Positions 25,233 to 37,800 of a DNA stretch of 54,904 nt are shown here, in pieces; the first letter of the stretch is position 1, and every line of letters begins with the position of its first letter. Below the pieces are notes generated by a model, which was not told the origin of the DNA, did no database searches, and worked only from the letters and a program-made list of their open reading frames with translations. Source of the stretch: Rotaria socialis (lineage: Eukaryota); the NCBI GenBank assembly GCA_905331295.1, contig CAJNYD010000030.1, forward strand, positions 1 to 54,904. The letters run 5' to 3'. Position numbers and translations under genes: made by a program.

Positions 25233-26741
25233 TTATCGATTTGAATTCATACCATTTATGATATTCTTAAAAACATCTAAGAATTCCTTTTCTGTTTTCA
25301 TGCTTTCCTCTTGAAGCTTGGTTTGCTTTTCAAGCAATTCGATTACCTTCACTTCTGATCTGGATGCAACCTCGTTTGCATCATTGATTTTTCCGAGCAG
25401 TTCTTGCATAAGATCAAGTCTGTTAATAGATAATAATAGAGAGAAGATCATTCTAAAACATGTTTAAACTTGTTTTACTTGATTTCCGAAGCACGTTTTT
25501 TTCTAACTGCATTTATCCTCTTCGTCGTATTAGGTGTCCCTTTAGCTTCAGACTTGATTGTAGATTTATCATGGGAAGGCGAAGATGATTTGTTTAAACG
25601 ATTAGGATCAGAACCAGGCGCTTCTTCATCTTTCAGCATGTCAATATCTTCATTGACTTGTTCCGATATTTGCGTTGCATTTAAGTCGCATGATTGAGTA
25701 TTTTCAATATCTATCAGCTCTGTCTGTTCAGTAACCATAGAATCTGATAGGAGAGTATCGTCATTGTAGGGTCTTTCTCCTAAAGCAAATTGTACATTTT
25801 ATATTATGAAATGCTCATACATAAATTTCTAGAATTCAAACTCACCAAGTATCTTATCTATCGCGTCAAAGTAAGACCATGATGAAGGACTGCCACCTGT
25901 CTTTCCTTGCTCTTTTTTTTTCTTTCTATACTCAATAGTAAGATTGGAAATTTTGCATTTAACATCAGCACCACTTAATTGTCGATCTTTTAATATCGAA
26001 TTGAGTTCCTTGGCCATCTGGTTATATATGGGAGTATTTCTTTGCCCACCCTTATTTAATTGTAATTGAAAATCACTCCAGATTCTGATAAATGAGAGCG
26101 TTTCACCCTCGCTCCAGTTTCTCGACCGTTTTGCTGCTTTGGGTGCTAGAGAAAGAACTTATAAAATACTTGATTTAACGTGTTTTACTTGTTTCAAGAT
26201 GTTTTATCTTTTTGTCTGTTTCTTTGTTGCGCGTGTTGTCGATTCAAGATATACCAATTCGTTTTTCGTATTTTTGTTTGCTGCTGTTGATTTTGATTTT
26301 GTCATAGTCGTAACAGGGCTCATCACTAAAATAGTCAAGCTTTCAGTTGTTTTTATAAAAGAACTGTTTTAGACAAATCTGCTTACGCGTTTCTGCTGAT
26401 AATGGGGACTCAGCAGTCGTTGATCGTGCGATTGGCATATCGACGACAGATGATGAATTTGGAACTTGTTCGAGAATTGTTATTCCAGCTGTTGATTTAT
26501 TTATCGTTTGTGGTGTTATCGGACTAGAAAGAGTAAATGTTTTTGGAGATGAATTTATAATAAGACGAGTTGGTAAAGTAGCAGTAGCTGGAGGATTAAT
26601 TCCATTTAGAATTTGTAACGAAGAAACGACATTGTTTTGGTGTAGGACTTTATGCACTGAGTTCAATTTCAAGTAATGTGAATTTTGTGGTTGAACATTG
26701 TTGTTGGGTGACATGACAAAGCGAACATATTGTGGTTTCAT
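25233..26741 (-). pseudogene. Harbinger accessory Myb/SANT-like (trihelix) DNA-binding protein, spliced
   Basis: RNWSEGETLSFIRIW...IYNQMAKEL...VKCKISNLTIEYRK...TGGSPSSWSYFDAIDKILG plus a C-terminal coiled coil. Short GT-AG introns; apparent in-frame TAA at 26204-26206. Confidence 0.85.
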
Positions 26742-27066
26742 CGTCTAAAATCAACAAAGCGCATAAAGATTCACTAATTTCTTGTGGGCGTAAATATAAC
26801 TAGAAATAATATGTGAAGTAGTCCGATTTTCATTCTTCCGTCGGATAAAATGAAGAGAGCCATGCATCATATACGCTAATCTTCATTCTAAACTATGCAT
26901 ATAGGAGACGCCACTAGTGTTTTTCTTATTGGTGCGACGGTATGGCAGTGGATTGGTGCATTAAAGTTCAATCGCCTCGAAAAGGCGATTTAACTGTGTT
27001 TTAACTTTTCGGACAATCTGATTGGTTAATGCTGTTTTAACTTGCTCAGTATGTTTGGGGCCTTAA

Positions 27067-30000
27067 GGCCCTCCCCCCACCCTAATTTCTATTTTAGCCT
27101 CTGATCATCTGATCGTCCTGAAATTTTCAGAGTAAGTGTATCTACTGTTAGGTACTTCACCATAAAAATTTCAGCTCAAAATATTGACTCTAGCAAAATT
27201 TGCCTCAGAATTACCTGTCAAAATACAGAGTTCAGCGTTTCCCAAACCCTACTGTTATCTTAAATGGTAGAAAGCGCGGGTTGGTTTTAAAGTATGCCAA
27301 AAACCCAGCACTACAACTTAACGTAGTCAGAATTTTTCTTTTCTTTTTCTTTTCTTTTCTTTTTCTTATTTATTTCATAGGGTATGGAAATGAGGGGGGT
27401 ACACTGTAATACAGTTGAATTTCATGAGATACTGAACATGAAATTTAACATTGTGGCTTCGTTAAGTTGTAGAACGAATCATTCTCTTCATTTTGAAACC
27501 AACTTGAGCTCTCTAGTGTTTAAAATGACTAAACGATTTGGGAAATACAAAAGTGAAACAACAAAAAAGTCAATTGTGAGAAAAACGTAAAACAAGTTTA
27601 GGAAGTGAAATTGAAGACTTTTTGCTACTGTAACATGGGATAAAATTAATTTTTCAGTGATTTCCCATCGATCACTAGTTAGAACTAACTGAATAGATGC
27701 ATTATAGAGGTTAATAAAATATTCTGGGTGCTGTATATAGTAATGCAGTGTACACAGTCGAATGATTAATAAATGATGCGAAACAAACCATCTGAATTAA
27801 CATCGATATTTTCTATTATTTAACAATAATATGTCTTAAGTATCTGAAATAGATGAAGATGTATTGAAGTAGTCTCAGATATGAAAAAATCTTGACTAAT
27901 TGTTGTGACTAGTTTTTAAAAAATCTTAGATAAATAAGAAATAAGTCACTACTAAACTAATAATCTCCCCCAGGTTCATAATCACTATTCGATTCGTCAT
28001 CTGTTAGTTGCAAGTCCATTAAATCTTGAGTAAGATTAACAGAATTTGTATTAGGATGAATAAATGGTATTTCATCATCATCACTTCCACTGGATGAGCT
28101 ATTAGCACTAGCAGCAGTTGTTATTGTTACAGGTGTTGTTTTACTTTTTTGGCGTCTCTTTTTTACTTTCGAAGTAGCATATTTTCTCATCATACCAAGT
28201 CGACTGAAACATTCAACAGAATAATACCCTGCAGATGAGAAGACGTTTGTAAATAATTTGTCTAAAGAATCATAGCCATCATTATAAATTATTGTGGACA
28301 AACCCAATCCGATACGAAGAATTGTTGTTGAGCAAAATCGGTGCTTAGGAACCATTGTCCACAACAATGAATGAAAAGCCTCATTAGCATTTTGTGATCC
28401 ACCACCTATCACACGTGCTAAACTAGTTGGAGAACATAGTTCTTCAAATGCGGGCTTGATTAGATCTAAGCATGCCCTTGGAATGGCTAATTTTGAATTG
28501 TGCTGGTATTGTTCACCTTTTAAATCTGCTTGAAGGTACTTACACCATTGAGAGTCACACCAATCATGCATCGGTTCCCTGTCTGTGGAATAATGATGAT
28601 TGAAAATAGCCCATGATTTTTTATACAATTTATCTAAATCAGTTTTAGATTCACGTATTGCTTTAGCAAAATAAATTTTAAATTTGATAGCGTGAGCATC
28701 AGTCATACGTCCTTTACCACTAAATCTTTTACCATCAGATAAAGTTTTACCCTTGCTTTCTTGCTTGATCTTTTTGATACGACTTAACATTCGTTTTGCA
28801 AAATGATTTGTATCTTCAAGTTTTTTTATAGTAACACCCGAATATGGAGGATTATTTGTTAGAAAATTATGAACTTTAGCATCACCATCTCCAACATATG
28901 ATATATATTTTATTTTATATTTTGATAATGATCGACAAAACATTTCATGGATCATTAGTTTTTCCATTGCACCTGATGCTCCTGTATTAGAAAGACTTAT
29001 AATAAATAATAAATTAGTATATAATTCATAAAAGGTACCTGTAAAGTTTAATTGGCATTCATGATTTTCTTGAAATGTACTAAATAAATCAAAATTAGTA
29101 TGACGTAGACTTTCTGCGCCGAGACATTTCGAACAATTTTTAGAGGACCATGTAGTATCTATAACTTTTGGATTGGCTGTCGTTGAACATAAGGCAGCAA
29201 TTCCATGAAGACTTGAGTATCCTCGAGTCAGCCATGCACCATCACCACTTACTACTAAATCTCGTACACCACCAGCTGCAGCAACAGCTTCTTCAACAGC
29301 AGTAGCCATCGATTGTTCTTGAGCCTTTTCAATATAATCCAAAACAAATTCTTGTGCTTCACGGTACTTGTGTTCTTGAATAGGTGGCGGTAGATTTAAA
29401 GCACCTAATAATTTCATCACTCCATCACGACCTAATCCACATAGAGTACTACCAATTGCTAAACGAATATTAATCTCATGACGTCTACCAGTTGGCATCT
29501 TCGGCGATGAATACAAAGTCGTGCATGATTTACAATTATTACACATGAATTCAACCTGAACGTATAATCCATTGCGTTCTTTGATAGCTATAGAGCCCTC
29601 CCAAAGCATGTTGCAACCAGAACATGAGAATTGTTTTAGTAATGAGATTAAAGAATTCATATGTATAATTAAATTCGAATTCAAGTTAGATTCAAGATTT
29701 TGTCTACTTGATGTGGACTGATTTTGCACCGACAACATTGACTCATCGTTATCATTGAATGATGATGAAAGGTCTCTCTTTCTCTTTAGGTTTTCTGGAT
29801 GAATCCGTTTCATAAGTAACCTTTTACTCTTCTTTTTGTAATTCATACTCCTTTTACCCATTGAAACCTTTTTACGACTAACAATATATAAAACATTGTA
29901 TTACAAGAAATAGTGCTAACTTACTACTGAAAATACACTTGATGGCTGATTTAACTTAACAAATATATCAAAAGAATGAGAAATATGACATTTTATTTTA

Positions 30001-30416
30001 TTTGGAATGTTTCTTGTCTTTACAAAGATTTGTTTCACACTAGTGAACAACTACTAAAAGCTTCTTGGCACTTATTCTCCCAATAAAAATTGAATTATTT
30101 ATGATTGGTTAGTATTTTCATTTCATTCTGTCGTTTAGACATATATATTCGGGAGTAACAATATCTATTAAGTAATTACACACAGCGACACATGTTAACG
30201 ATAGTTTTCTCTGTGAAAAAAATCGATATTTTTGAAAAATACTTTTTTTGTAGGATTAGGGGTCTCCGAAAAACCGACGTTTCACCCTGAAAACTTATCA
30301 TAAAATCAATAAACTATAGTTCATTCGATAGCGGACACTTTGATCTATCTAATGCGATAAAAATAAAAAAATCGAAAAATTTGACAAAAATTGACTTTTA
30401 GGGTGGGGGGAGGGCC
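27067..30416 (-). mobile_element. Kolobok DNA transposon, 3.35 kb, apparently intact
   Basis: Perfect 19-bp TIR GGCCCTCCCCCCACCCTAA / TTAGGGTGGGGGGAGGGCC, TTAA TSD (27063-27066 and 30417-30420), RR..YY termini and one uninterrupted transposase ORF. Confidence 0.92.
27957..29861 (-). CDS. Kolobok (Mutator-like) DDE transposase, ~615 aa after removing a 57-nt intron (28982-29038)
   Basis: CxxC..CxxC N-terminal motif, VSGDGAWLTRGYSSLHG (D1), CSKC, HECQLNFTG|ASGAME, YVGDGDAK (D2), LEDTNHFAKR, HDWC..WC and QNANEAFHSLLW (E). Confidence 0.9.
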   Translation of the reverse strand: MGKRSMNYKKKSKRLLMKRIHPENLKRKRDLSSSFNDNDESMLSVQNQSTSSRQNLESNLNSNLIIHMNSLISLLKQFSCSGCNMLWEGSIAIKERNGLYVQVEFMCNNCKSCTTLYSSPKMPTGRRHEINIRLAIGSTLCGLGRDGVMKLLGALNLPPPIQEHKYREAQEFVLDYIEKAQEQSMATAVEEAVAAAGGVRDLVVSGDGAWLTRGYSSLHGIAALCSTTANPKVIDTTWSSKNCSKCLGAESLRHTNFDLFSTFQENHECQLNFTGTFYELYTNLLFIISLSNTGASGAMEKLMIHEMFCRSLSKYKIKYISYVGDGDAKVHNFLTNNPPYSGVTIKKLEDTNHFAKRMLSRIKKIKQESKGKTLSDGKRFSGKGRMTDAHAIKFKIYFAKAIRESKTDLDKLYKKSWAIFNHHYSTDREPMHDWCDSQWCKYLQADLKGEQYQHNSKLAIPRACLDLIKPAFEELCSPTSLARVIGGGSQNANEAFHSLLWTMVPKHRFCSTTILRIGLGLSTIIYNDGYDSLDKLFTNVFSSAGYYSVECFSRLGMMRKYATSKVKKRRQKSKTTPVTITTAASANSSSSGSDDDEIPFIHPNTNSVNLTQDLMDLQLTDDESNSDYEPGGDY

Positions 30417-30878
30417 TTAAAGAACACGTTCGTAGCGCAAACGCGTGCTGCGCGAGTGGATAGGAACGTGTTCGGAGCGCGTTCTTGATGCCGTTCGGAC
30501 CGCGTTCTACATGACGTTTGTTGACATAATTAACGCTAATGCTTATTGGTCAGTTTTGTCAAACCAATGAAATTTTTCTTTTTAATCCAAAAATTACCGT
30601 TCGTTACATGTTCTTGATTTTATTATTACAGTGAAAATAAAAATACATTCAAATGAACAGAAGAAAGAAACCATGTCACAAAATTTAAGAGTAACACATA
30701 AAACGATATGTTAAGGCAAATAAACAAAGAAAATACTAGAATATTGACATGTTCAGTGTAGAAAAACGAACTAAAAAAGAATCACACTTATTTGTTTCGA
30801 CAATTTAATAATTACATTTTCTAACTGACAATTAAGTGAGAAAGCGTAGCACACAAAATCTTCGATTAGCGGAGTACT

Positions 30879-31900
30879 TTATTTAGCATTCTTCTGACAA
30901 ATGTCTAGAATATATACAAATAGAAGCAATTTACGTATAGATTCACCTAAATGTTTATTCGGTGGTGACAGTAGGAGCCATCCATTTTTCACAATTATTA
31001 TCGTATAAATATACAGTAGAAAGTTCATTTGTTGTTGACGACCTGTAAAATGAAATGGACATTGAATGTACTTAAATAAAACATCAATGGTGGTTAATTC
31101 GAAACTTACGCATTCTAAAAATAAATTTGCCTTTACTTCGTTCAAAGTCATCACCTGTCAACACCACATGTTCTTTCTCTTGAAAAGTGTCATCTTTATG
31201 ACTATGACTTTGTTGATCATTAGCATGAACATTAATATTATTCTCATTTTCTGTAAGAATGTTTTCATCATAAACAAATGCTTGCATAAGGGTGCCTACG
31301 ATGACATATATCTCATTCACTACTAAATTAGGTGGAGAACTATTGCAACACCTGAATTCTAGCAAAGGGTGAAGTGGGTTCAAATCATAAAATGAGTACA
31401 TAACTTAGTAACTACATGCGAATCATATAGGTCGTGAAAGAATAGTATTAGGTAAATAATCAGCTTTACTTAATCACTCGCATTGGGAATTTGTTACACG
31501 TGACTCTTGTTTTGAATCAGCTTATAATTTATTGAAACCTTCTTTAATGAAGACTTTTTATCTTCATTATGTTTTGGAAAAAGTACTGACAGTCTTCATC
31601 ATATGATAATCGCCTTGGTTTTATCACACATTCATTCAATCGTCACTGTTGATAATCCACAACCAATTATTTTAGTTGCACACATGCAAAATGCCTCGCC
31701 ACATTAGTCTACTGCATCGATGATTCTACCAAGTATGAATATTGTGCCATGCAACTGGCAGCAAAAGCAACAGCATCGTTCCTTTTGATAGATACCAACA
31801 ATATCATAGAGAAGACTGTTGTTTTGAAAGTTCTTTACTCGGAAGTTATTTTTGTCGCTTTCCTACTTTGATGCATAGCTCATGAAAGAATGATACACTA
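30879..31900 (-). pseudogene. Decayed coding relic of unknown identity, probably TE-internal
   Basis: Overlapping frameshifted ORFs 31084-31401 and 30879-31154 have protein-like composition. No recognisable motif. Confidence 0.3.
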
Positions 31901-32559
31901 CATTGTCAATTTATATACAGCAATAACAATCAATTCTCTGGAATAATAGCCCGCTTCATCATTCATCTATTTGATAAAACTAACTATTCAGTGAAATGGA
32001 CTGTTCAGCTCATTACCCGGATACTGATCTATAGAAGTTACTAATGCAGTAATCTCATTTTATTACGGATATTAATTTCAATAATAAGGAACAGGTAACA
32101 TTTTTATTCAAGCAGCAATATTCGAGCCTATTAAACCATCAACATATTCGGAATTATTACTATCCCTCAACAAGAAATTTATAAAAACATATTCCGACTC
32201 CACACCCTACTGACAATGTTGTCAACACGTTTTCATCTATAAATGGTGCATACGTAATTTTTACACTCAAACACATTCCCCGGTTTATTGATCATCAAGT
32301 TTTGATGAAACTCAAAACAAATCATCGATAAATCAGCTCAAGAGATTTAAAATCGACTGTTGATGAAAATCCAATTATTGACCTACTAGTTGGTTATAAT
32401 CGATTCAAATCTATCAATCGGATTGTTTTCTCAATCGATTTAAGGATTATAATCGATTTCAATCTGATTATATGTGAAAAGAACGATTATTTGGGAAATA
32501 ATCGGATTTTCATATGTATAATCAAAAATAATCAAGATTTTGCAACCTATATTTTTCGC

Positions 32560-32581
32560 TGGGGGGGGGGGGGGTCGTTAN

Positions 32582-32657
<76 letters not shown>

Positions 32658-32666
32658 CCCCCCCCG
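32560..32666. other. Poly-G / N / poly-C tract at a contig join (likely sequencing or assembly artefact)
   Basis: G run, a single N, then a C run of about 75 nt. This produces the spurious poly-Pro and poly-Gly ORFs. Confidence 0.75.
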
Positions 32667-33128
32667 CGTCCGTAACTCATTTTACATGGAGATCGTAAGT
32701 ATATCATAATACTTATAGAGTGTGCTATCCTATGGAGCATGGAAATACTATATAATTAAAAATCTCCAAGTGGAAATATTATTGGTGAGACGATTAATTC
32801 ACGAAGGAAGAGCAAGGAAAAAAATCAGTCAGGATGATCGTAACGAACATCTCCTCAGGAAGATCGTAATAGAAATCAAGTGCGAAATGTCTCTTTCCCA
32901 TAAAAACTTGTTGTACAATAAATCAATGTTATAGATCCGATCTATTATTGTCAATGATTATTGATGAGTAATATATACGTATATATTGCATATATCATAA
33001 AAGTAAAGAAAAAGAAAACCTTGTCTATATGTAATAGTAAAAGAAGAGAAAAAACCTTCGCGGTTCGTCATCAACGTGGTGTCTCATGGTCATTTGTCGT
33101 TCGTCATAGTCGATAATATTAGAAAGCA

Positions 33129-34841
33129 ATGAGCTACTACGACGATTGTGGTGATGAATATTCATCTGATGATGATGATATCTTTTATCATAATTATAGT
33201 GTAGATTATGCCAATCAAATATTAAATGGACATCATGCTGTTTCATCATGTTTACCACGTATGCATCAAAAACAAAGAAGATATTCACCACGATTAGTGC
33301 GTATCTCAACATTGGATCAAATTCCTATCGTTAATCGATCAGAAATTCTTCCTTCATTACATAGCCGACCAAAATTGAATTATGACGAAGATATTTCATC
33401 AGTACCCATTGCTCCTTCTCGTTTACCATCATTAGAAGCTACCAGTGAAGAATTAGAAAGACGAGCAACACAAAGAACGCAAACGATACCTCAGGTTGAT
33501 ATTATATTGTTTTATTAAAAAGCATTTTTTCTTTCAATTATTTTAATTCAATTGAGTGCTTTTTTAGGAAACATCAGCAACTATTTCTCCAATTACCAAT
33601 AATACACCTACTGCTACTTACAATGATAATAACAATAATAATCCTCCATCTGAAAATGTGCACCGTCCATTAAATGAAGCTGAATTAAGACAAGTTCAAC
33701 AGCAACAAGAAGCTTTTCAACAACACTTACTCAATATGCAACGTCATTTACTTGAACAGTCTCAACAAGAACAAGTTCCAACATCAAATTCATCTGGACG
33801 AAGAACAAAAGTATCCTATCATGATCTTGAACTTGATGATGACCAAGCTCGCATTGCGGATTTAATTGAGCATGATCCTTATGTTGCAGCAGCTATGGAA
33901 GATTTTGCTTATACACATGGATTATTGGATTGCAACAGACAAAGGTAATTTGATTTCTTTTTTCTTTAATTAAATTGACTCATATGATTCATTGTTAGAA
34001 CTGATTCTAATCATTCATCATCGCAAAATTCTCAACATATATCTAAACGACATCGAAGTCAATATGATGATGACGATCGTTCTCATCGATCTTCTTCATC
34101 TTTATCATCATCTGTATCAGTATCGTCGCTAAACAATGTAACATCAAAGATAAAAGATTCTAACGTTGAAATTATTTTATTGCGTGAACTTAAAGAAATT
34201 AGACGTTTAATGGAAGAATTTGTTCATAGTACAAATAATGTGAATAATCTCAGAGGAATGAGTGTTCATTATCCAACTGTTGACCCAGTAACTGATTATC
34301 GACCATCCATGGTACCACGTAAACAGAATCCACCTCCAGAACCAAATCAAATTTTATATCAAAATGTTGTTGATACTATAAGAGAAGTTATGGATCGACG
34401 TTCTCCTTCTCAACGTGAACAACAATTAAAACCGAGTGAAATAAATGCAAAATACAAATATACTTCTAAAAGAAAACCACCAAATCCATTATCAACTCAT
34501 CAATCCACAGTTATGGAACGATCAATATTACCAACGCAAAATCAAAGACAACGAAACTCATTACAAATGACAACTCCACCAATTGTTCCATCGTCAGCAG
34601 CATCATCATCAAATGTTCCGGTAGATTAAAACATCTTTTGTAGACTATTTTTATTTAATTTCTTTTTGCCAAATTTTAGCCTGCTCCTCCATACGAAGCG
34701 TTAGTTAATTTTTCTTCATCTCGATCAACAACAATAAAAGATCGTAATTTATCTTATGGAAGTCGTCAAAGACAAGCAAATGTTTATGATAGACTTTTAC
34801 CAGGAAATTATTTACGCTTATATACCAATAAGTATAATTAG
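33129..34841 (+). CDS. Uncharacterised, largely disordered protein (4 exons, ~510 aa) with Q-rich and coiled-coil segments
   Basis: Exons ~33129-33494, 33568-33944, 33999-34620 and 34680-34841 join in frame at GT-AG introns of about 54-73 bp. The protein ends NVYDRLLPGNYLRLYTNKYN*. Confidence 0.85.
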
Positions 34842-34884
34842 TTAATATGAGAAAGAAATTTAAAAAAAGAAAACACGAAAATCA

Positions 34885-37800
34885 TTATAGAACACGCATT
34901 ATCGAATGATAAGAAACAATTGGTGAATTTCCTTCTAAATGCACAGCAGTTGCACCAACCTCAATCGATTGTTCATATTCACCACGAGCTTCCATTGATA
35001 AACTTAATAAATACCTTTTTTTTTGATTAAAAGAAACAAAAGATAATTCCATTTTTCATAAGAAAAAAAGTTTTATCTTTACCAAGGTTGATAATTTGAC
35101 GGTTGAATAGAAATCGCATCTCTTGCATATTTTTCAGCTAATGAATAATTTCCAATTTGTATTAAAAGTTTTGTTAATTGAATTAATGTTGGGAAATGAT
35201 AAGGATTAATAGCTAAAGCATCATTATAATTCTGCTTAGCTAATTTTAATTGACCACGTGCATCATTTATTAGACCACGCATATAAAACATTTGATGACA
35301 TAATGGACTTAATGAGGAGATTTCTTTTATACAACGTTCACCTTCATCAATTTTATCTAATTTAATATAATATCGAACTTAAATAGAAAACAAAAACGAA
35401 AATTATTTTCTTTTTCAAAATTAAAAGAATTAATTTCATCTTTTGTTTTACCAAGATATTCAAATATTTGAATTAAACTAAAATAAATTGGTTGAACAGA
35501 AAATAATGACGTTGATGATCGATTATTTTTCATTGAATTCTCATCATTGATTAGTACTGAGAATGGTCGAATACCAAATAAAAATAGATTTTTAATTCCA
35601 TCTTCTATTTTCAATGTTCCTTGTTGATTATTTAATGTTTGTTCAGCATCAGTTTCGGTATTTATTGAAGGATTTTTCGATCGGCTATCTGGACGATTTC
35701 CACCACTAAAAAAAAATTTTGTTTTCAATTGTAAAATATATTTTTAATATAATTCTCACCTTGAATGTGATAGACCATGATCATTATTAGTTAAAAACGG
35801 TTCAAATTCATTTTTCCAAAGCAACAAACCTTCTTTACATGTTGCAATGGACTGCTCACATCCATATAATTCTTCTTCTATTGTAGCTTTTGTTAATAAT
35901 AAACTAAATTTTGATTGAAAAGAATTTAGATGAAATGAAAAAGTAGTTCCTAAAAAATTCTAAAGTAACTTGTTTATTCAGTTTTTATTTTCAATTCTAA
36001 TAGTATAGAAAGTAGTAAAATCTTATCATTTGAAAATGAAATAATATCGTGTTATCATATTCTGTTTTGCTCAATGAACACTCAGTTTTATCTTTGTTAA
36101 TCATTGGAAAAGGTTATTTTTCAGAAGACATTTGTTAGATCAATTATTATTAAATAATTAAAAATAGAAAAGTGTCTAACCTAATATCTGGATAATCATT
36201 TGTTGCTCGATAGATTTGTGCATAAGCTTCAGCCATTTGCTTTTGAGCTGTAAGTAGTAGTGTATGTAAATGAAGAGCAAATTTATCATCAGGTGATAAT
36301 AGTAAACATGTTTCAATTGATTTTAATGCTTCATCAGTCTATTCAACGAGAAATTTTCATTTATATTTTGCTTTTGTTTTCAAAAAACAAAAAAGAACGA
36401 ACTTGATTGTGAAAAGATAAATTATGAGCTAGATGAAAATGTGCGATAGAATCATATGGATCAAGTTGAATTGACCTTTTTGTAGAAGAAAAAAAGAATT
36501 AATTAATAAATAAATAAATGGAATAGATCAAATAAAACCTACTCTCGAAGATCATTAACAGCTGATTGAAATAGTGCTTGACGATCATTATGAATTGATG
36601 TTTGCCGAGCTTTAAATGACTTTGCAACAGCAAGTAAAACAAGTGAACGTGCAAATGGAGGATTTTCAAGTTCTTTTGCTTGTTGACAATAATCAATGGC
36701 TTCATCGATCTAAAAATATTTTATTTATTTCTTTTATTTCTTTTATAAAATTTTCTAATTACAAGATCAATAAATCTAGGTCGTTGTTCATGTTGAGTTA
36801 AATTAGTTTGTTGTTGATTTAAGGTTTGCTTTAACAATGGTTGAGCATCTTCACCACTTGATGGGAAAGTTTCAAATAATGATCGAAACTATTTATTGTT
36901 TTAAATAAAACAAGAAAAAAATTCAATGAATAAATAAAAACTATGGAAAATTTACATCATAAATATGCTCAAGAATTATTTTTGCAAGCTGTAAATAAAC
37001 TTGGATATTTTTTGGTTGCATTCGAAGACATTCTTTTAAGATGAGATAAGCCCGAAATGATTGACCGGATGATATCAATGATAAACCATAATTAAACCAC
37101 GTTTGAAAATGTTCAAATGAAAAGCGAAGAGCTTGCTCATATGACTTAATTTATTTTTCTTATTAATAATTTATTTTTATTTAAAAAAGAAAACTTACAT
37201 CAGCAATTAAATGAAATGCTTGTTTACGGGAGAGAAATATTGAAAGTAAAGCAAGAATATTATAAGCTGCCTGATGACTACGTTCACGTTGTCCTTCATG
37301 TTCTGGTTGCCAATCAAGTACAGCTTCATTTAATGTTGATGTTTGACCCAATAGTAGTAATAATAAAATTTCTTCATTAACATCTCGAGGAATAAATAAT
37401 GATCTATTGTTAGTATTAGTTTTATTTATTTCTATTTAAAACAAAAACAAAAAACTTATCTTACTGAGAACTACGACGACGATTAAGTAAACTAGAATTT
37501 TGAAGGTCATTATCAATATTTGTTAATCGAGGATAATTTCCTTTACAAACACATTTTATTAATAATTCAGCATATTGTTTAATTAACGTCTAAATTAATA
37601 ATTAAAATAGATTTATTTGAAATTCAATTTTTTTTATGGAAACAAAATACGAACTTGTCTCATTGTTTCTAATGATTTAATATGAACATTTTGAATAAAT
37701 GAACGAAATATTTCTATTGCTGTTGTTAAGTTACTAAATAGAAAGTAAAATAATTAATACTATCAATTTAGAAAGGATTTTTTTATTTGAATACAATCTT

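Larger units (their letters stand above)
23105..27062 (-). mobile_element. Full-length PIF/Harbinger DNA transposon (~3.96 kb), inactivated
   Basis: TIRs GGCTCCAAACACACTGAG / CTCAGTATGTTTGGGGCC (16/18), TTA TSD at 23102-23104 and 27063-27065. Encodes a DDE transposase plus a Myb/SANT protein. Confidence 0.93.

Noticed and set aside
27200..27590. Short plus-strand ORFs in the Kolobok as a possible KolX
   Set aside because: Short, low complexity, located in the subterminal region, with no recognisable motif.
32491..32740. Poly-Pro and poly-Gly ORFs
   Set aside because: They arise from homopolymer runs next to an N; artefact.
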